64,000 bases of DNA, taken from contig CAMDBA010000003.1 in assembly GCA_945888995.1 (NCBI GenBank), positions 64,279 to 128,278 on the forward strand, in the 5' to 3' direction. Positions within the stretch are counted from its first letter, which is position 1, and each line of letters begins with the position of its first letter. Source of the DNA: a bacterium UBP8_UBA817 (GTDB taxonomy: Bacteria > Margulisbacteria > Marinamargulisbacteria > CAMDBA01). The notes under the pieces are model-generated. The model did no database searches. It was not told where the DNA came from and saw only the letters and a program-made list of their open reading frames with translations. This document shows positions 12,148 to 23,110 of this stretch, one piece after another. A program made the position numbers and the translations under genes.

Positions 12148-13520
12148 AACGCCGTCCTTCCTAAGGTTTGAAAAAAGCCTTTAGCCTTTGCTAATAATTC
12201 TCCGTATTCAGATTCGGGGTCCGAATCTGCCACAATGCCGCAACCTGCATGAAAATATAAGTAATTCTGACAAGAATACATCGTCCGAATCGCAATGTTA
12301 AAGTCACAATTCCCGTCAAATCCAATATAACCGATGGCGCCGGTATACACACTCCGGGGCACAGTTTCTAATGCGACCGCTATCTCGGTGGCCCGAAGTT
12401 TCGGAGCGCCTGTAATAGACCCGCCGGGAAACAACGACTTAAGCGCATCAACGGCGCCGACCGTCTTTTTCAAACGTCCTTCAATCGTCGCTACCAGATG
12501 ATGGACCTGAGCATAAGATTCCAAGACAAGCAATTCCGGCACGGTCACAGACCCATACTCGCATACCCGACCGAGATCATGGCGCTCCAGATCCACGATC
12601 ATTAATAACTCCGCCCGGTTCTTCTCAGAATTCCACAACGAATCCCGATTATATAAATCTTGTGAAGGGCTCTCTCCTCTAGGCATCGTTCCTTTAATCG
12701 GTCGTGTCTGAATCACACCGTCCCGAATAGAAAAAAACCGCTCCGGAGAAGCTGAATAAATCGCTGCATCAGAATAATGTAGAAATGCCCCGAACGGCGC
12801 AGGAGATTCCTCTCTAAAAATAGAATAAAGCGCGGCCGATGACCCTTCAAAAGAGGCTGAAAACCGCGCCGAAAGATTGACCTGATAGATATCGCCTTGG
12901 GTAATATGCCATTTAGCCCGGCCGACATGGTGCATATACTCCGCTTTAGTCTGGGAAAGCACCGGATGGCCAATGGCACATGTCCCGATACCGGTCGCAT
13001 CAGAAAAAGAGCTCCAAAACGCAGCAAAAGACCCAAATTGTTTGGCCCCAATATTCTCAGATAATGGCCATTCGATATACCATTTTTTATCTTCAATATG
13101 ATCTAAAACAATCACAATATGGTATAGCCCTACCCGGCAATCTGGTAACAAAGAATCAGACGGATGAACATGATACCCCAGATCTCCCGCCATCTCATAA
13201 GAAAAATACCCCATCGCCCCGCCATAAAAAGGAAACGGTCCAACATCCGGGCAAATAAACGTCGAGAAAGCTGCGAGTTCAGCCTGCAGAACTTCCCAAA
13301 TATCTTGCCCAACAGAAGGCTTATCCGAACCAAACTCCTGATAAACGCTCCCGTCTTTAAACTCATAGCTGCGAAAGGGAAATACGCCCATCACACTAAA
13401 TCGACTCCATTTAGACGTCTCGTCCGCACTATCCAGATAACAGAAGCCGATAGTCCCCGCTAAACAATCAAAGAGCTGCCTTTCCGAAACAGAGGCGATC
13501 TCTTCAACGTGAGGCTTCAC
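12129..13520 (-). CDS. pabB: aminodeoxychorismate synthase component I (chorismate-binding enzyme)
   Basis: Chorismate-binding family C-terminal motifs (PGGSITGAPK, YTGAIGY, GCGIVADSDPESEY). Coupled to pabC. Confidence 0.75.
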   Translation of the reverse strand: MKPHVEEIASVSERQLFDCLAGTIGFCYLDSADETSKWSRFSVMGVFPFRSYEFKDGSVYQEFGSDKPSVGQDIWEVLQAELAAFSTFICPDVGPFPFYGGAMGYFSYEMAGDLGYHVHPSDSLLPDCRVGLYHIVIVLDHIEDKKWYIEWPLSENIGAKQFGSFAAFWSSFSDATGIGTCAIGHPVLSQTKAEYMHHVGRAKWHITQGDIYQVNLSARFSASFEGSSAALYSIFREESPAPFGAFLHYSDAAIYSASPERFFSIRDGVIQTRPIKGTMPRGESPSQDLYNRDSLWNSEKNRAELLMIVDLERHDLGRVCEYGSVTVPELLVLESYAQVHHLVATIEGRLKKTVGAVDALKSLFPGGSITGAPKLRATEIAVALETVPRSVYTGAIGYIGFDGNCDFNIAIRTMYSCQNYLYFHAGCGIVADSDPESEYGELLAKAKGFFQTLGRTALCIPGL

Positions 13521-13524
13521 CGTC

Positions 13525-15330
13525 TCATTCCTCGATACGGAGCACCGCTAAGAAGGCTTCTTTAGGCACTTGAACGGATCCGATGCTCTTCATCTTCTTC
13601 TTACCTTCTTTTTGCTTTTCCAGAAGTTTCCGCTTACGGGAAATATCCCCGCCATAACATTTAGCAGTCACATTTTTACGCAAGGCTGAAATCGATTCAC
13701 GGCAGATAATCTTACCTCCGATAGTCCCCTGAATCACTACTTCATACAGCTGCCTTGGGATTAATTCTTTGAGTTTCTCGGCCATTTTGCGCGCGATGTT
13801 TGAAGACTTGCTGTCATGACAAACAAACGACAAGGCATCAACCGGCTCTGCATTAATCATCATATTCACTTTAACGAGTTTAGATTGGCGGTAATCTTCA
13901 AACCAATAATCCATACTCGCATACCCACGGGTGCGGGACTTGAGCTTGTCAAAAAAATTTGCGATCAGCTCATTCAACGGAATCGAAAATGTCACCATCT
14001 GACGCTCGGCATCCAGATATTCCGTTTTCTTGTATTCCGCCCGATGCTCCTGGGCCAGCTCCATCACAGTCCCGATATAAGCGTTAGGCGTAATGACGGA
14101 TAACCCCATATACGGTTCTTCCATAATCTGAATGTGATTAACCGGCGGAAAATAACTGGGATTTTCAAGCATCACGACGGTACCATCCGTCTTAGTCAGG
14201 CGATACGTCACGTTCGGTGCAGTCGCCACAATATCGATATTATATTCTCGTTCAAGGCGTTCCTGAACGATTTCCATATGCAACAATCCCAAAAATCCGC
14301 ATCGATATCCAAAACCAAGCGCTTGAGATGATTCTGTCTCAAAATGAAGAGCCGCATCGTTTAACTGAAGTTTTTCCAAAGCTTCTCTTAATTCGGGATA
14401 ATCCTCCGTATCCACCGGATAAAATCCACAAAACACCATAGGCTTTGACTCGGTATAGCCGGGCAAAGGCTCTACCGCCGGAATTTTACTATCTGTGACC
14501 GTATCGCCCACACGCGCATCCGCCACATTTTTAATATTTGAAATTAGATACCCGACTTCCCCGATCTCAATACCGGCAGATTGTGTCATCTTAGGTTTAA
14601 AAAATCCGAGATCCAGCACATCGAAAGACTTTCCCGTCGACATGAGTTTTATTTTCTGACCTTTGCGCAGCATCCCGCTAAAGACTCTGACATAAATAAT
14701 AACGCCCTTATATTCATCAAAATGAGCATCAAAAATAAGCGCTTTTAAAGCGGCTTCCTCACTAAACTTCGGAGCCGGGATATTGGCCACGATCGATTCT
14801 AAAATATCTTGAATCCCAATCCCAGTCTTCGCACTGGCCAAGACACACTCTTCAGCGGGGATCCCCAAAACCATTTCAATTTCTTGGGTCACTTTATCAA
14901 TATCGGCAGAGGGCAAATCTATTTTATTAATTACCGGAATAATTTCCAGATTGTGTTCAAGCGCCAGATAAAAATTAGCCATAGTTTGGGCCTCAATACC
15001 CTGGGTCGCATCCACTAAAAGTAACGCCCCCTCACAAGCTGCCAAAGAGCGGGACACTTCATAACTAAAGTCCACATGCCCCGGCGTATCAATTAAATTT
15101 AGAATATAGGTTTCGTTATTCTTTGCCCGGTATTCCAAGCGAACGGCTTGCATCTTGATCGTAATACCGCGTTCACGCTCCAGATCCATCGAATCCAGAA
15201 GTTGCTCTTTCATATCACGATCCGCCACAGTGCCGGTAAATTGCAACAACCGGTCGGCCAGGGTTGATTTTCCATGATCAATATGAGCAATAATACAAAA
15301 ATTGCGAATATGCTGGCGATGGTCGGACAT
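13525..15330 (-). CDS. lepA: translation elongation factor 4 (LepA)
   Basis: GTPase motifs [14 protein letters not shown] and NKID, plus the LepA-specific C-terminal domain. 601 aa. Confidence 0.97.
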   Translation of the reverse strand: MSDHRQHIRNFCIIAHIDHGKSTLADRLLQFTGTVADRDMKEQLLDSMDLERERGITIKMQAVRLEYRAKNNETYILNLIDTPGHVDFSYEVSRSLAACEGALLLVDATQGIEAQTMANFYLALEHNLEIIPVINKIDLPSADIDKVTQEIEMVLGIPAEECVLASAKTGIGIQDILESIVANIPAPKFSEEAALKALIFDAHFDEYKGVIIYVRVFSGMLRKGQKIKLMSTGKSFDVLDLGFFKPKMTQSAGIEIGEVGYLISNIKNVADARVGDTVTDSKIPAVEPLPGYTESKPMVFCGFYPVDTEDYPELREALEKLQLNDAALHFETESSQALGFGYRCGFLGLLHMEIVQERLEREYNIDIVATAPNVTYRLTKTDGTVVMLENPSYFPPVNHIQIMEEPYMGLSVITPNAYIGTVMELAQEHRAEYKKTEYLDAERQMVTFSIPLNELIANFFDKLKSRTRGYASMDYWFEDYRQSKLVKVNMMINAEPVDALSFVCHDSKSSNIARKMAEKLKELIPRQLYEVVIQGTIGGKIICRESISALRKNVTAKCYGGDISRKRKLLEKQKEGKKKMKSIGSVQVPKEAFLAVLRIEE

Positions 15331-15371
15331 AGCGGCTATTGTAGTATGATTTTCAGATTTTTAGTATGGGG

Positions 15372-16592
15372 TTAGTAAGACAGCCTGGTTAAGACCAAGC
15401 GATCAGAACTAAATACCGTCTCAGAATCAGGTCCGAGAATCCGGGCAGTAAACACATTTTGACCTTCTCTGAGTGATACTTGCGCTGTCCAGTGACCGCT
15501 ATTATCCGCATAAACGGTCCTGACCAAAACTTCATTATTATAGATCATGACACGGCCTTGGGGTTGGGTAGTCCCTTCCAGAATCGATTGAGATTGCGCC
15601 ACTGTCCCTGAACCGGGTCCGGTAATCTTAGGGCCTTCGAACTGAGAGTTACCCATGATCGTGAAACTAACCGTGTGAGTCGGATCGGAATCAAAAGAAT
15701 TCGGATTCATCGTGTAATTGTAGTCTAAGCGGAATCCATATTGCTGAAAGTTAAAGCCACCCAGATTATCAATTTGAAGCCCGGTTCCCAAGCTAATCCG
15801 TTTCAAGTCGGTTGAGGCACGAAGAAAGAAATTTGCAGGGAACGCATACTCTCCGCCAATAGAAAAACCTTCAAGCGCATTTTGAGCAAAAAGCGAGAGT
15901 TTTTTATCAAACATATCCGCCCGAACACCTGCAAAAAGCTGAAGAGGCAGCGTACTCGTATCACCGGTATCACCCCAAACAAGCGGGGTTGAAAAAACGT
16001 TAATCACCGACACACCAACGGATACCTGATTCATAAATGGAAGTCCGGTATACGCCCAGGTTCCGATCGCACCGATATCAAATCCAAAAGCATACCGGGT
16101 TTTATCTTTAATCGCCTGTTGGTAAATCTTCGCACTTGTCCCGACAGAAAGAAAATTCATTCCCCATACCGGATCAAACGTTTTAGAAAGCGTTGCCTGT
16201 AAGATATTAAACCCAGAAGAATAACTTCCGATAGATCGGATGCGATCCCCGTCAAGAATCGTCTCCGGAATACCATTCAGCATCGTAGAACCAAAACCGC
16301 CACCGATAACAAAGTCATTCCAAGGCAGGCTAAATAAAGCCGTTTTATTGTCGAAATAACCAAGCAACGACTGGCTAGCCAACATAAATTGATTATATTT
16401 AGTACCCCCGATCACCGCCGGATTCAAAAAGATGCCGTTAACATCTCCCCACAAAGTCGGACTGGTCACACCGAGAGACATCATCCGGGCACTCGGCATC
16501 GTCAATTGAGGATTGGCAATCGGTGCACGTGCCGCCGCCATTGATGTTGTCGGCATTAAGAGAATCCCAAAAATACAAAGCCATTTTTTCAT
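15372..16592 (-). CDS. outer-membrane beta-barrel protein (PorV/FadL-like) with C-terminal Ig-like domain
   Basis: Signal peptide MKKWLCIFGILLMPTTSMAAA. N-terminal motif SARMMSLG...GDVNGIFLNPA resembles the PorV/FadL-type plug region. Alternating beta-strand pattern, and the protein ends in an aromatic residue (..RLSY). Confidence 0.5.
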   Translation of the reverse strand: MKKWLCIFGILLMPTTSMAAARAPIANPQLTMPSARMMSLGVTSPTLWGDVNGIFLNPAVIGGTKYNQFMLASQSLLGYFDNKTALFSLPWNDFVIGGGFGSTMLNGIPETILDGDRIRSIGSYSSGFNILQATLSKTFDPVWGMNFLSVGTSAKIYQQAIKDKTRYAFGFDIGAIGTWAYTGLPFMNQVSVGVSVINVFSTPLVWGDTGDTSTLPLQLFAGVRADMFDKKLSLFAQNALEGFSIGGEYAFPANFFLRASTDLKRISLGTGLQIDNLGGFNFQQYGFRLDYNYTMNPNSFDSDPTHTVSFTIMGNSQFEGPKITGPGSGTVAQSQSILEGTTQPQGRVMIYNNEVLVRTVYADNSGHWTAQVSLREGQNVFTARILGPDSETVFSSDRLVLTRLSY

Positions 16593-16595
16593 AAC

Positions 16596-19500
16596 TTAAT
16601 ACACCGCCAATTTAGTGTAGGCATACGACTTATTGCCGGAATTGTCAGTTGCCACCATTTTTGCAATATACATACCGGAACCGATAATTTGTCCGGAAGA
16701 AAGAATCCCATTCCATACAATCTGTTGATATCCGACCGTCGTATAGGTGGTATCGGATGTCCACACCACAATACCGTTCAAATTATAAAGATACAGCTGA
16801 ACACGGGCCGGTTGCGTAATCGAGAACCCAATTCGCAAATTACTTCCGACCGTATAAGGACTTGGATAAAACAAAAGATTATCAATGTTAATAGTAGATG
16901 AAATAGAAAAACGCATACTGGCCGTCGGCAATGTATTAGCATCCCGATCTTTAATGCCTAATTGAATAATCGCGGGCGTCGTTCCCAGATTAAAGATTTC
17001 CAAAGACCCGTTACTTCTTGTAAATGTGCTGGTCAAAGTAGATGACGGATAAGCCGCGCCTGATGTCGCTGTATGAATCAGCCTAATACTTCCCGCATCC
17101 AGAGCCGCTGCTTGATTCTGGAAATAGAGGATCAGACTGCTGTTAGCCGGAACTGCGTCATAATTTTGGAAAGGAATTAAAGTCCCCCCATTATTAACCT
17201 GAATAGAATCGATATAGGCAGGGAGTTGCCAATCATATTTTGTTTTACTAGAAGACGCGCTTAACTGCGCATAAGTTTGAGCACCGGCCACCCAGGTTGT
17301 TCCGCTGGATTTATAGCGGCCAACAGTCGCATAATTTCCGGAGGAGACAAGATAAGTCAAGACCCCGTCCACATAGATATTACCTTGAGAAAACACGGAA
17401 GACGGATTAATGGTAAAGCCCACCGTCACACCAGTTGAAGCCGCTAATGTGAACGGGAAAATTCGATTCGTGGTGGTCACCCATTCATAGGAAATATCCG
17501 CTCCCGATAAAGCTCCCAGATAAAATTTAGGTAAAAGTGAAGTAACCTGAATACTACCGGTGGTCGGATTTTCAATTCGAATATCGATATTAAATGTAGC
17601 CGCCGCATTGGTAACCGAAGTAATCGACGATAATACTTTTTTGATTGTCATTAAAGCCGATGTCACGTTCAGCGTGGCAGCATATTGCGGCACGGGCAAT
17701 TCCCCACCGAATACAGCTGAAATTCCGCCGGTCGCTGTAATATTATTGAGCTGAGCGGCAATATTAATAGTCGTGGTATTGGCCACATCACCGACATCAT
17801 ATGTAACAAAGAAACTATTTACGCCTTGAGGCAGTAAAAAGCTCGGCAAGTCCGCACGCAAGGTCGTATTAAATGATGAGGTAGTCGCTTCAAGCACATC
17901 CGAACTATCCAGAACCGAATTCTGATTCGCATCCATATAAAGAGAGACTCGGCTCACACCCGTATGATCATCGACAAAGCTTCCTTTATTATTTAGCACA
18001 CTAAACACAGCGGAGGTGACGGTCTGTTCAGCCCGAATCGTGACATAAAGCATTGGCACATTAACTTGGCCTCTTAAAGCTGAACCGGGAGATACACTTT
18101 GGATACTAACCGCTGAAAAAGTTGAGTTCTGAACCGGCAAAAATGCATCGGGACTGGCCTGAGCTGGCAGCGTTCCACTTAGCTCAATCGCAATAGTTGA
18201 AAGATTGGACGTGCCCACAGCGGCTTCTAAACGCGCATTCGCAGAAGAAATCAAATTACCTGAGGCATTGCGAATCTCTGTCGTACCGATACCAAGGTCA
18301 TAGACCGCAAAAATAGTTTTTTGATTACCGGTGGTGATATTGAGGCCGGCACCGTTCACCTGGATCGGGACGGGAGCCAACAGCGCAGTTTGACCTTGTC
18401 CGTTCCCTAAAATCAAAGACCCGATTAAGGTGTCTGAAACGGTCTCGTCATACGCATTATTGAGATTAGTATCTTCATACAAACGGACCCGCGTGATACC
18501 ATTCGTATTAGTTGGATTCGTTATATATTGAATTGTACCGGCATTACGAATCGTAATGGTGTTAACGGTAACCGATACATTTTCGCTCTTAAGCACAAAG
18601 CTAATAACCGGGATTTTCTGATTACCTCGAGAAAAATTACTGCTCGGAACAACATTGGTCACATCACTATAAACAAGTCCCGCAACTTTCGAAGAAGCAG
18701 GTGTAACCGGAGTCGCGTTAACCAGAGAAATCGCACGCCCGGAATCAGACCCGGTGCCGGTTATCGAAATAACCTGAGCTTTAACCTTTGCATCAGTCGA
18801 TACAGGGATACCCTTACCGATATCATATACAACAAACAGGTCTTTAGGCGTATTACTAGAAAGCGTAAAAGACGGCAAAAAGGAACTAAATGTCACCGTA
18901 CTTACCGAAGAAATCTGAGAACCGGTACGCTGTTTTAATACAGTCGTATCGATGGTAGGATCAAAAATCCCATTACTATTGGTATCAGCATATAAATAGA
19001 CCGTAGTCACTCCATTAGTACTACCATCGGTAATGGCAAAATTATTACTTTCATTTTGAACAGTGATACTAATATCATTGTTATTCATATCTTCACTTCG
19101 TGAAGTCAAAGTCAATCTCAACATCGGAACCAATGTCTGATTCGGCAATACAATCGTCGGCGCAATGGAATTAGCAGTTGCGGCAATACCTGTCACGGTA
19201 ATTGTATTACTAGTCACATTCCCCCCAACGTTAGTTGCAAGCGTGCCTAAAGTGCTTTCAACATAATTCAAAATCAGATTGGTTGTTGCCGCAGCCTGAG
19301 CCGAAGTATCCAGATCATAAACGACAAAAAAACCTTCACTGCGTCCGCTTGTAATGGAAGTCGGCGCTGAGAATTGAATGTTTTGTGAACTGACAGCAGT
19401 GCTTGTTAAACTGACGGTATTACCTTTTAACGTATCCACCACCGAATCAAACTGGCCGTCGCCGTTATCCTGATAAATATAAACCACTTTAACACCGGTT

Positions 19501-19784
19501 CCGAATTTAACCGTCGGACTAACGTTGCTAAATCCAACGCGTCTAACCGTATCATCTCCAGTTGCCAAGATATTAAAGTACAACATCGGCACTTTTGTAC
19601 TACCCTGAGGGGCTTTCGAAGCGGGAAGGGTCGAACTCTGAATAGCATTGGCAGCCAAAGCTGGGCTTGCCATAACTGCCACAAGGGCAATGACAAGAAC
19701 GACTTCTTTAATCAATTGAGTAGACGAATTAGTCAAAAACGAATGTAGTTTTGAATTAGACATGAATAAGACCGGGTTATGCAC
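16596..19784 (-). CDS. large repeat-containing cell-surface protein with C-terminal FlgD-Ig/T9SS-CTD-like beta-sandwich
   Basis: 1062 aa with a signal peptide (..LVIALVAVMASPALAANA). Four related modules and a Thr/Ser/Asn/Val-rich beta composition. C-terminus FYPSPYTVGSNLRIGFSITQPARVQLYLYNLNGIVVW...GMYIAKMVATD. The ATG at 19763 is an alternative start. Confidence 0.7.
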   Translation of the reverse strand: MHNPVLFMSNSKLHSFLTNSSTQLIKEVVLVIALVAVMASPALAANAIQSSTLPASKAPQGSTKVPMLYFNILATGDDTVRRVGFSNVSPTVKFGTGVKVVYIYQDNGDGQFDSVVDTLKGNTVSLTSTAVSSQNIQFSAPTSITSGRSEGFFVVYDLDTSAQAAATTNLILNYVESTLGTLATNVGGNVTSNTITVTGIAATANSIAPTIVLPNQTLVPMLRLTLTSRSEDMNNNDISITVQNESNNFAITDGSTNGVTTVYLYADTNSNGIFDPTIDTTVLKQRTGSQISSVSTVTFSSFLPSFTLSSNTPKDLFVVYDIGKGIPVSTDAKVKAQVISITGTGSDSGRAISLVNATPVTPASSKVAGLVYSDVTNVVPSSNFSRGNQKIPVISFVLKSENVSVTVNTITIRNAGTIQYITNPTNTNGITRVRLYEDTNLNNAYDETVSDTLIGSLILGNGQGQTALLAPVPIQVNGAGLNITTGNQKTIFAVYDLGIGTTEIRNASGNLISSANARLEAAVGTSNLSTIAIELSGTLPAQASPDAFLPVQNSTFSAVSIQSVSPGSALRGQVNVPMLYVTIRAEQTVTSAVFSVLNNKGSFVDDHTGVSRVSLYMDANQNSVLDSSDVLEATTSSFNTTLRADLPSFLLPQGVNSFFVTYDVGDVANTTTINIAAQLNNITATGGISAVFGGELPVPQYAATLNVTSALMTIKKVLSSITSVTNAAATFNIDIRIENPTTGSIQVTSLLPKFYLGALSGADISYEWVTTTNRIFPFTLAASTGVTVGFTINPSSVFSQGNIYVDGVLTYLVSSGNYATVGRYKSSGTTWVAGAQTYAQLSASSSKTKYDWQLPAYIDSIQVNNGGTLIPFQNYDAVPANSSLILYFQNQAAALDAGSIRLIHTATSGAAYPSSTLTSTFTRSNGSLEIFNLGTTPAIIQLGIKDRDANTLPTASMRFSISSTINIDNLLFYPSPYTVGSNLRIGFSITQPARVQLYLYNLNGIVVWTSDTTYTTVGYQQIVWNGILSSGQIIGSGMYIAKMVATDNSGNKSYAYTKLAVY

Positions 19785-19892
19785 CTTTCAATATTTACAG
19801 GAGTTTTCGGATTTAGCTCCGAAGCTTTTTCAAATTGTATCAAATATTACTTCAAAAACCTATTAGGATTAACATTGGAACGTATAAGCACC

Positions 19893-20642
19893 CTATCCCT
19901 CTAAGAGCGCCATCACGTCAGCCGGAATATCATGATTGCCGTAGACACCTTGAACATCATCGTCGTCTTCAAGTTTGTCCACGAGTTTCAAAATTTTTTC
20001 CGCCTGCTCAAATGTCAGGTTAACGGATGTACCCGCCATATAGGTCAGCTCAGCATCTTCATACACCAGAGACACTGCGTCAAAGGCATCTTTCACGCCG
20101 ATAAAGGCCGTCAGTGCCGTCGTGACTTCTATAGAACCATCGTCATGCAATACCACATCATCAGCACCTGCCTCCGTGGCAATTTCCATGACGTGATCTT
20201 CGGACGCGCCCGGCTCAAATAAAATAAGCCCTTTTCGTTCAAATAAATAAGAGACAGCGCCTTTCGTAGCCATAGAGCCGCCGGCCTTACTAAGAATATT
20301 TTTCACATTAGAAATCGTCCGAATCTTATTATCCGTCAACGTATCGATTAGCAACGCAACGCCATACGGACCATAAGCTTCAAACACAATTTCTTCGAGA
20401 TCCGCGCCCTCTCCGCCACCAGAGCCTTTTTGGATCGCTCTTTTTATATTGTCGTTCGGCATATTCGCTGCTTTGGCTTTTTGTAAAACCAAGCGCAAAC
20501 GGGCATTGGATTCCGGATCAGCCCCACCTATCCTGGCCGCCATAATAATCTCACGAACAATTTTCGAAAAAATCTTGCCTCGTTGAGAATCTATTACCGC
20601 TTTTTTTCGTTTAATCGTGGACCATTTACTATGTCCGGACAT
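19893..20642 (-). CDS. yebC: YebC/PmpR family DNA-binding transcriptional regulator
   Basis: MSGHSKWSTIKRKKA N-terminus and full-length YebC architecture (249 aa). Confidence 0.95.
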   Translation of the reverse strand: MSGHSKWSTIKRKKAVIDSQRGKIFSKIVREIIMAARIGGADPESNARLRLVLQKAKAANMPNDNIKRAIQKGSGGGEGADLEEIVFEAYGPYGVALLIDTLTDNKIRTISNVKNILSKAGGSMATKGAVSYLFERKGLILFEPGASEDHVMEIATEAGADDVVLHDDGSIEVTTALTAFIGVKDAFDAVSLVYEDAELTYMAGTSVNLTFEQAEKILKLVDKLEDDDDVQGVYGNHDIPADVMALLEG

Positions 20643-20734
20643 AGGGTTCCTCCTCGTATGAAACGTCTTTTTTGAAGACCCGAGTGTAACATATACCCCT
20701 TTTTAGAAAAAGACAGGGAAAAAAAGACCCCATC

Positions 20735-22624
20735 CTAAAGCTTCACACGCTCCAAAATTTTCTCAAATGAAAGTCCGTATTTATTCCGAAGCTGATCCAC
20801 GCTGCCGTGGTCCAAATAGTCATCAGGAAAGGAAATACTGTGGAAATCAGATCGTTTTTTATAAAGGTCCGGAAGTGAACCCAGAACATGGCTAAAGACC
20901 CCCCCAATTTCACAGCCTTCTTCAATCACATAAACCTGATCCGATTGCTCACAATAGGATTTCAAAAGTGCGGTATCCAACGGCTTAATAAAACGCAAAT
21001 TAATCACCGCTACCGATAAGTGCTCTTGTTCGAACAACTGTTTTGCAACCCTGAGCGTAGGATCCACCATTGAACCCGCCGCGATTAAAAGACGTTTAAA
21101 GCCTTCCTCTCCGGCAGCTTTCAGCTCGCACAAGACTTCAGACTTACCCAGTTCCACCGGCAATGTCGTCTCGGATAATTCAGGGGCAGCGCCCTTCGGA
21201 TATCGGATGGAAACAGCGTCATTCTGGGCAACAGCCCATGCCAACATCGCCCGTAATTCCGGACCGTCTTTTGGCGCCAGAATCATCAAATCCGGGATCG
21301 GCAACAAAAATGCATAATCAAATACTCCATGATGCGTCGGCCCATCTTCCCCGACAACACCGGCCCGATCCAAACAAAAAATAACCGGCAAATGCTGCAA
21401 ACATACGTCATGAATCACTTGATCAAAACCGCGTTGTAAAAATGTCGAATAAATCGATAAAACGGGTTTGACCCCAACCCGGGCAAGGCCGGCGGCAAAT
21501 GTCACGGCATGTTCTTCGGCAATCCCCACATCAAAAAACCGGTCGGGAAATTGCTGAGCATACTCCACAAGACCACTGCCTTCTTTCATCGCAGGGGTTA
21601 TCACCACTAATCGGGACTCTTGAGTCGCCAATGCAATCATTTCTTCACCAAAAATCTGAGTATAGGTTTTAGGCGCAACGACAGGAGGTGCAGAAGAAAC
21701 CGGCTTTTTAGGAGAGACCCCATGATATTTAATCGGATCTTTCTCCGCCAGAACATGGCCTTTTCCTTTAGTTGTAATCACGTGCACCATAATCGGCCCG
21801 GGATAGGTCTTGGCGTACTTGAATGCCGCCATTAAAACAGGAATATTATGCCCGTCAATCGGACCCAAATAACGGAATCCGAATTCCTCAAAAATAACGC
21901 CGAACTTCATATCCAGCACCATATCGCGGAAACGGTCGACTATTTTTTCGACGCGACGCTTCAGGGGAACACCAATCCGAGGAATTTTCTCTAAAATACG
22001 TTCGAAATTAATCTTCGCCTGATTATAGACACCTGACGTTCTCAAGCGCGTCATATAATTCGCCATACTCCCGATCGGACGGGAAATCGACATATCATTA
22101 TCATTTAATACGCAAACAAAATTCGTTTTTAGCTTTTCAATATTATTAAGGGCTTCAAACGCCATCCCACCGGACAGCGACGCATCTCCGATTACAGAAA
22201 AAACCGAATAGTCTTCTTTTAAAATATCTCTTGCATGCGCTACGCCCATAGCCGCAGATAATGCGGTAGACGCATGCCCCGCACCAAAAATATCGTGGTC
22301 ACTTTCGGTAATTTTAGCAAATCCCGATAATCCACCGAACTGGCGAATCGTTAACATCCGGTCGAGTCGACCGGTTAAAATCTTATGCACATAACATTGA
22401 TGAGACGTGTCCCAGATGATTTTATCGGTAGGGCTATCCAGCACCGCATGCATCGCAATCGTTAATTCAACCACACCCAGATTAGAGGCAAGATGCCCTC
22501 CGCACGCATCCCCGATCGCAATTAATTTTTGCCGGATATCGTCGGCGAGCACTTCGAGATCATGTTTGGATAGATGTTTAAGATCGTCAGGAAAATGAAG
22601 TTGTTCTAACAAGGTTTGATTCAT
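20735..22624 (-). CDS. dxs: 1-deoxy-D-xylulose-5-phosphate synthase
   Basis: DXS N-terminus, TPP-binding GDASLSGGMAFEALNN, and transketolase-like pyrimidine-binding and C-terminal domains. I prefer the ATG at 22624 over the GTG at 22645. Confidence 0.96.
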   Translation of the reverse strand: MNQTLLEQLHFPDDLKHLSKHDLEVLADDIRQKLIAIGDACGGHLASNLGVVELTIAMHAVLDSPTDKIIWDTSHQCYVHKILTGRLDRMLTIRQFGGLSGFAKITESDHDIFGAGHASTALSAAMGVAHARDILKEDYSVFSVIGDASLSGGMAFEALNNIEKLKTNFVCVLNDNDMSISRPIGSMANYMTRLRTSGVYNQAKINFERILEKIPRIGVPLKRRVEKIVDRFRDMVLDMKFGVIFEEFGFRYLGPIDGHNIPVLMAAFKYAKTYPGPIMVHVITTKGKGHVLAEKDPIKYHGVSPKKPVSSAPPVVAPKTYTQIFGEEMIALATQESRLVVITPAMKEGSGLVEYAQQFPDRFFDVGIAEEHAVTFAAGLARVGVKPVLSIYSTFLQRGFDQVIHDVCLQHLPVIFCLDRAGVVGEDGPTHHGVFDYAFLLPIPDLMILAPKDGPELRAMLAWAVAQNDAVSIRYPKGAAPELSETTLPVELGKSEVLCELKAAGEEGFKRLLIAAGSMVDPTLRVAKQLFEQEHLSVAVINLRFIKPLDTALLKSYCEQSDQVYVIEEGCEIGGVFSHVLGSLPDLYKKRSDFHSISFPDDYLDHGSVDQLRNKYGLSFEKILERVKL

Positions 22625-22657
22625 AAGGACACTCTCTTCATACACTTAAAGTATCAA

Positions 22658-23110
22658 CTAATAATAAAGGGAAAAAGCAATGCCGATGCCAAGCAATGAT
22701 CCGACAACGACTTCCAAAGGCGTGTGCCCGAGGAATTCTGAAAGCTTTTCAGGTTTGAATTCGCCTTTTTGTAAGACATCTTCGATAACCTGATTGAGCA
22801 CCGTGGCCTGCTTTCCTGCGGCCCGTCGGATACCAGCCGCATCATATAATACCACAAGAGAAAAAATGACACATACGCAAAACAGTGTCGAAGTCCACCC
22901 TTCCTGCAACCCGACAGCCATGCTCAGCCCCGTCACCATCGCCGCATGGGAAGACGGCATACCACCGGTCGAAATCAGACTCTTTGGGTTAAGAGAGCCT
23001 TCTTTTATATAGTAATAAACAATTTTAAGAATCTGAGCGAGCAACACACTGACCAAGCCCGCAACTAAAGGGTACACTTCTAATAAAAACTGTAAGGTAG
23101 CCAACCGCAT
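22658..23110 (-). CDS. divergent PAP2 (DUF212) membrane protein
   Basis: Motifs GGMPSSHAA, LYDAAGIRRAAGKQA and LGHTPLEVVVG, typical of the DUF212/acid-phosphatase-related family. Confidence 0.8.
   Translation of the reverse strand: MRLATLQFLLEVYPLVAGLVSVLLAQILKIVYYYIKEGSLNPKSLISTGGMPSSHAAMVTGLSMAVGLQEGWTSTLFCVCVIFSLVVLYDAAGIRRAAGKQATVLNQVIEDVLQKGEFKPEKLSEFLGHTPLEVVVGSLLGIGIAFSLYY

Noticed and set aside
16589-16771. 60-aa minus-strand ORF bridging the surface-protein and barrel genes
   Set aside because: It overlaps the 3' end of the 1062-aa CDS in another frame, and there is no supporting signal.
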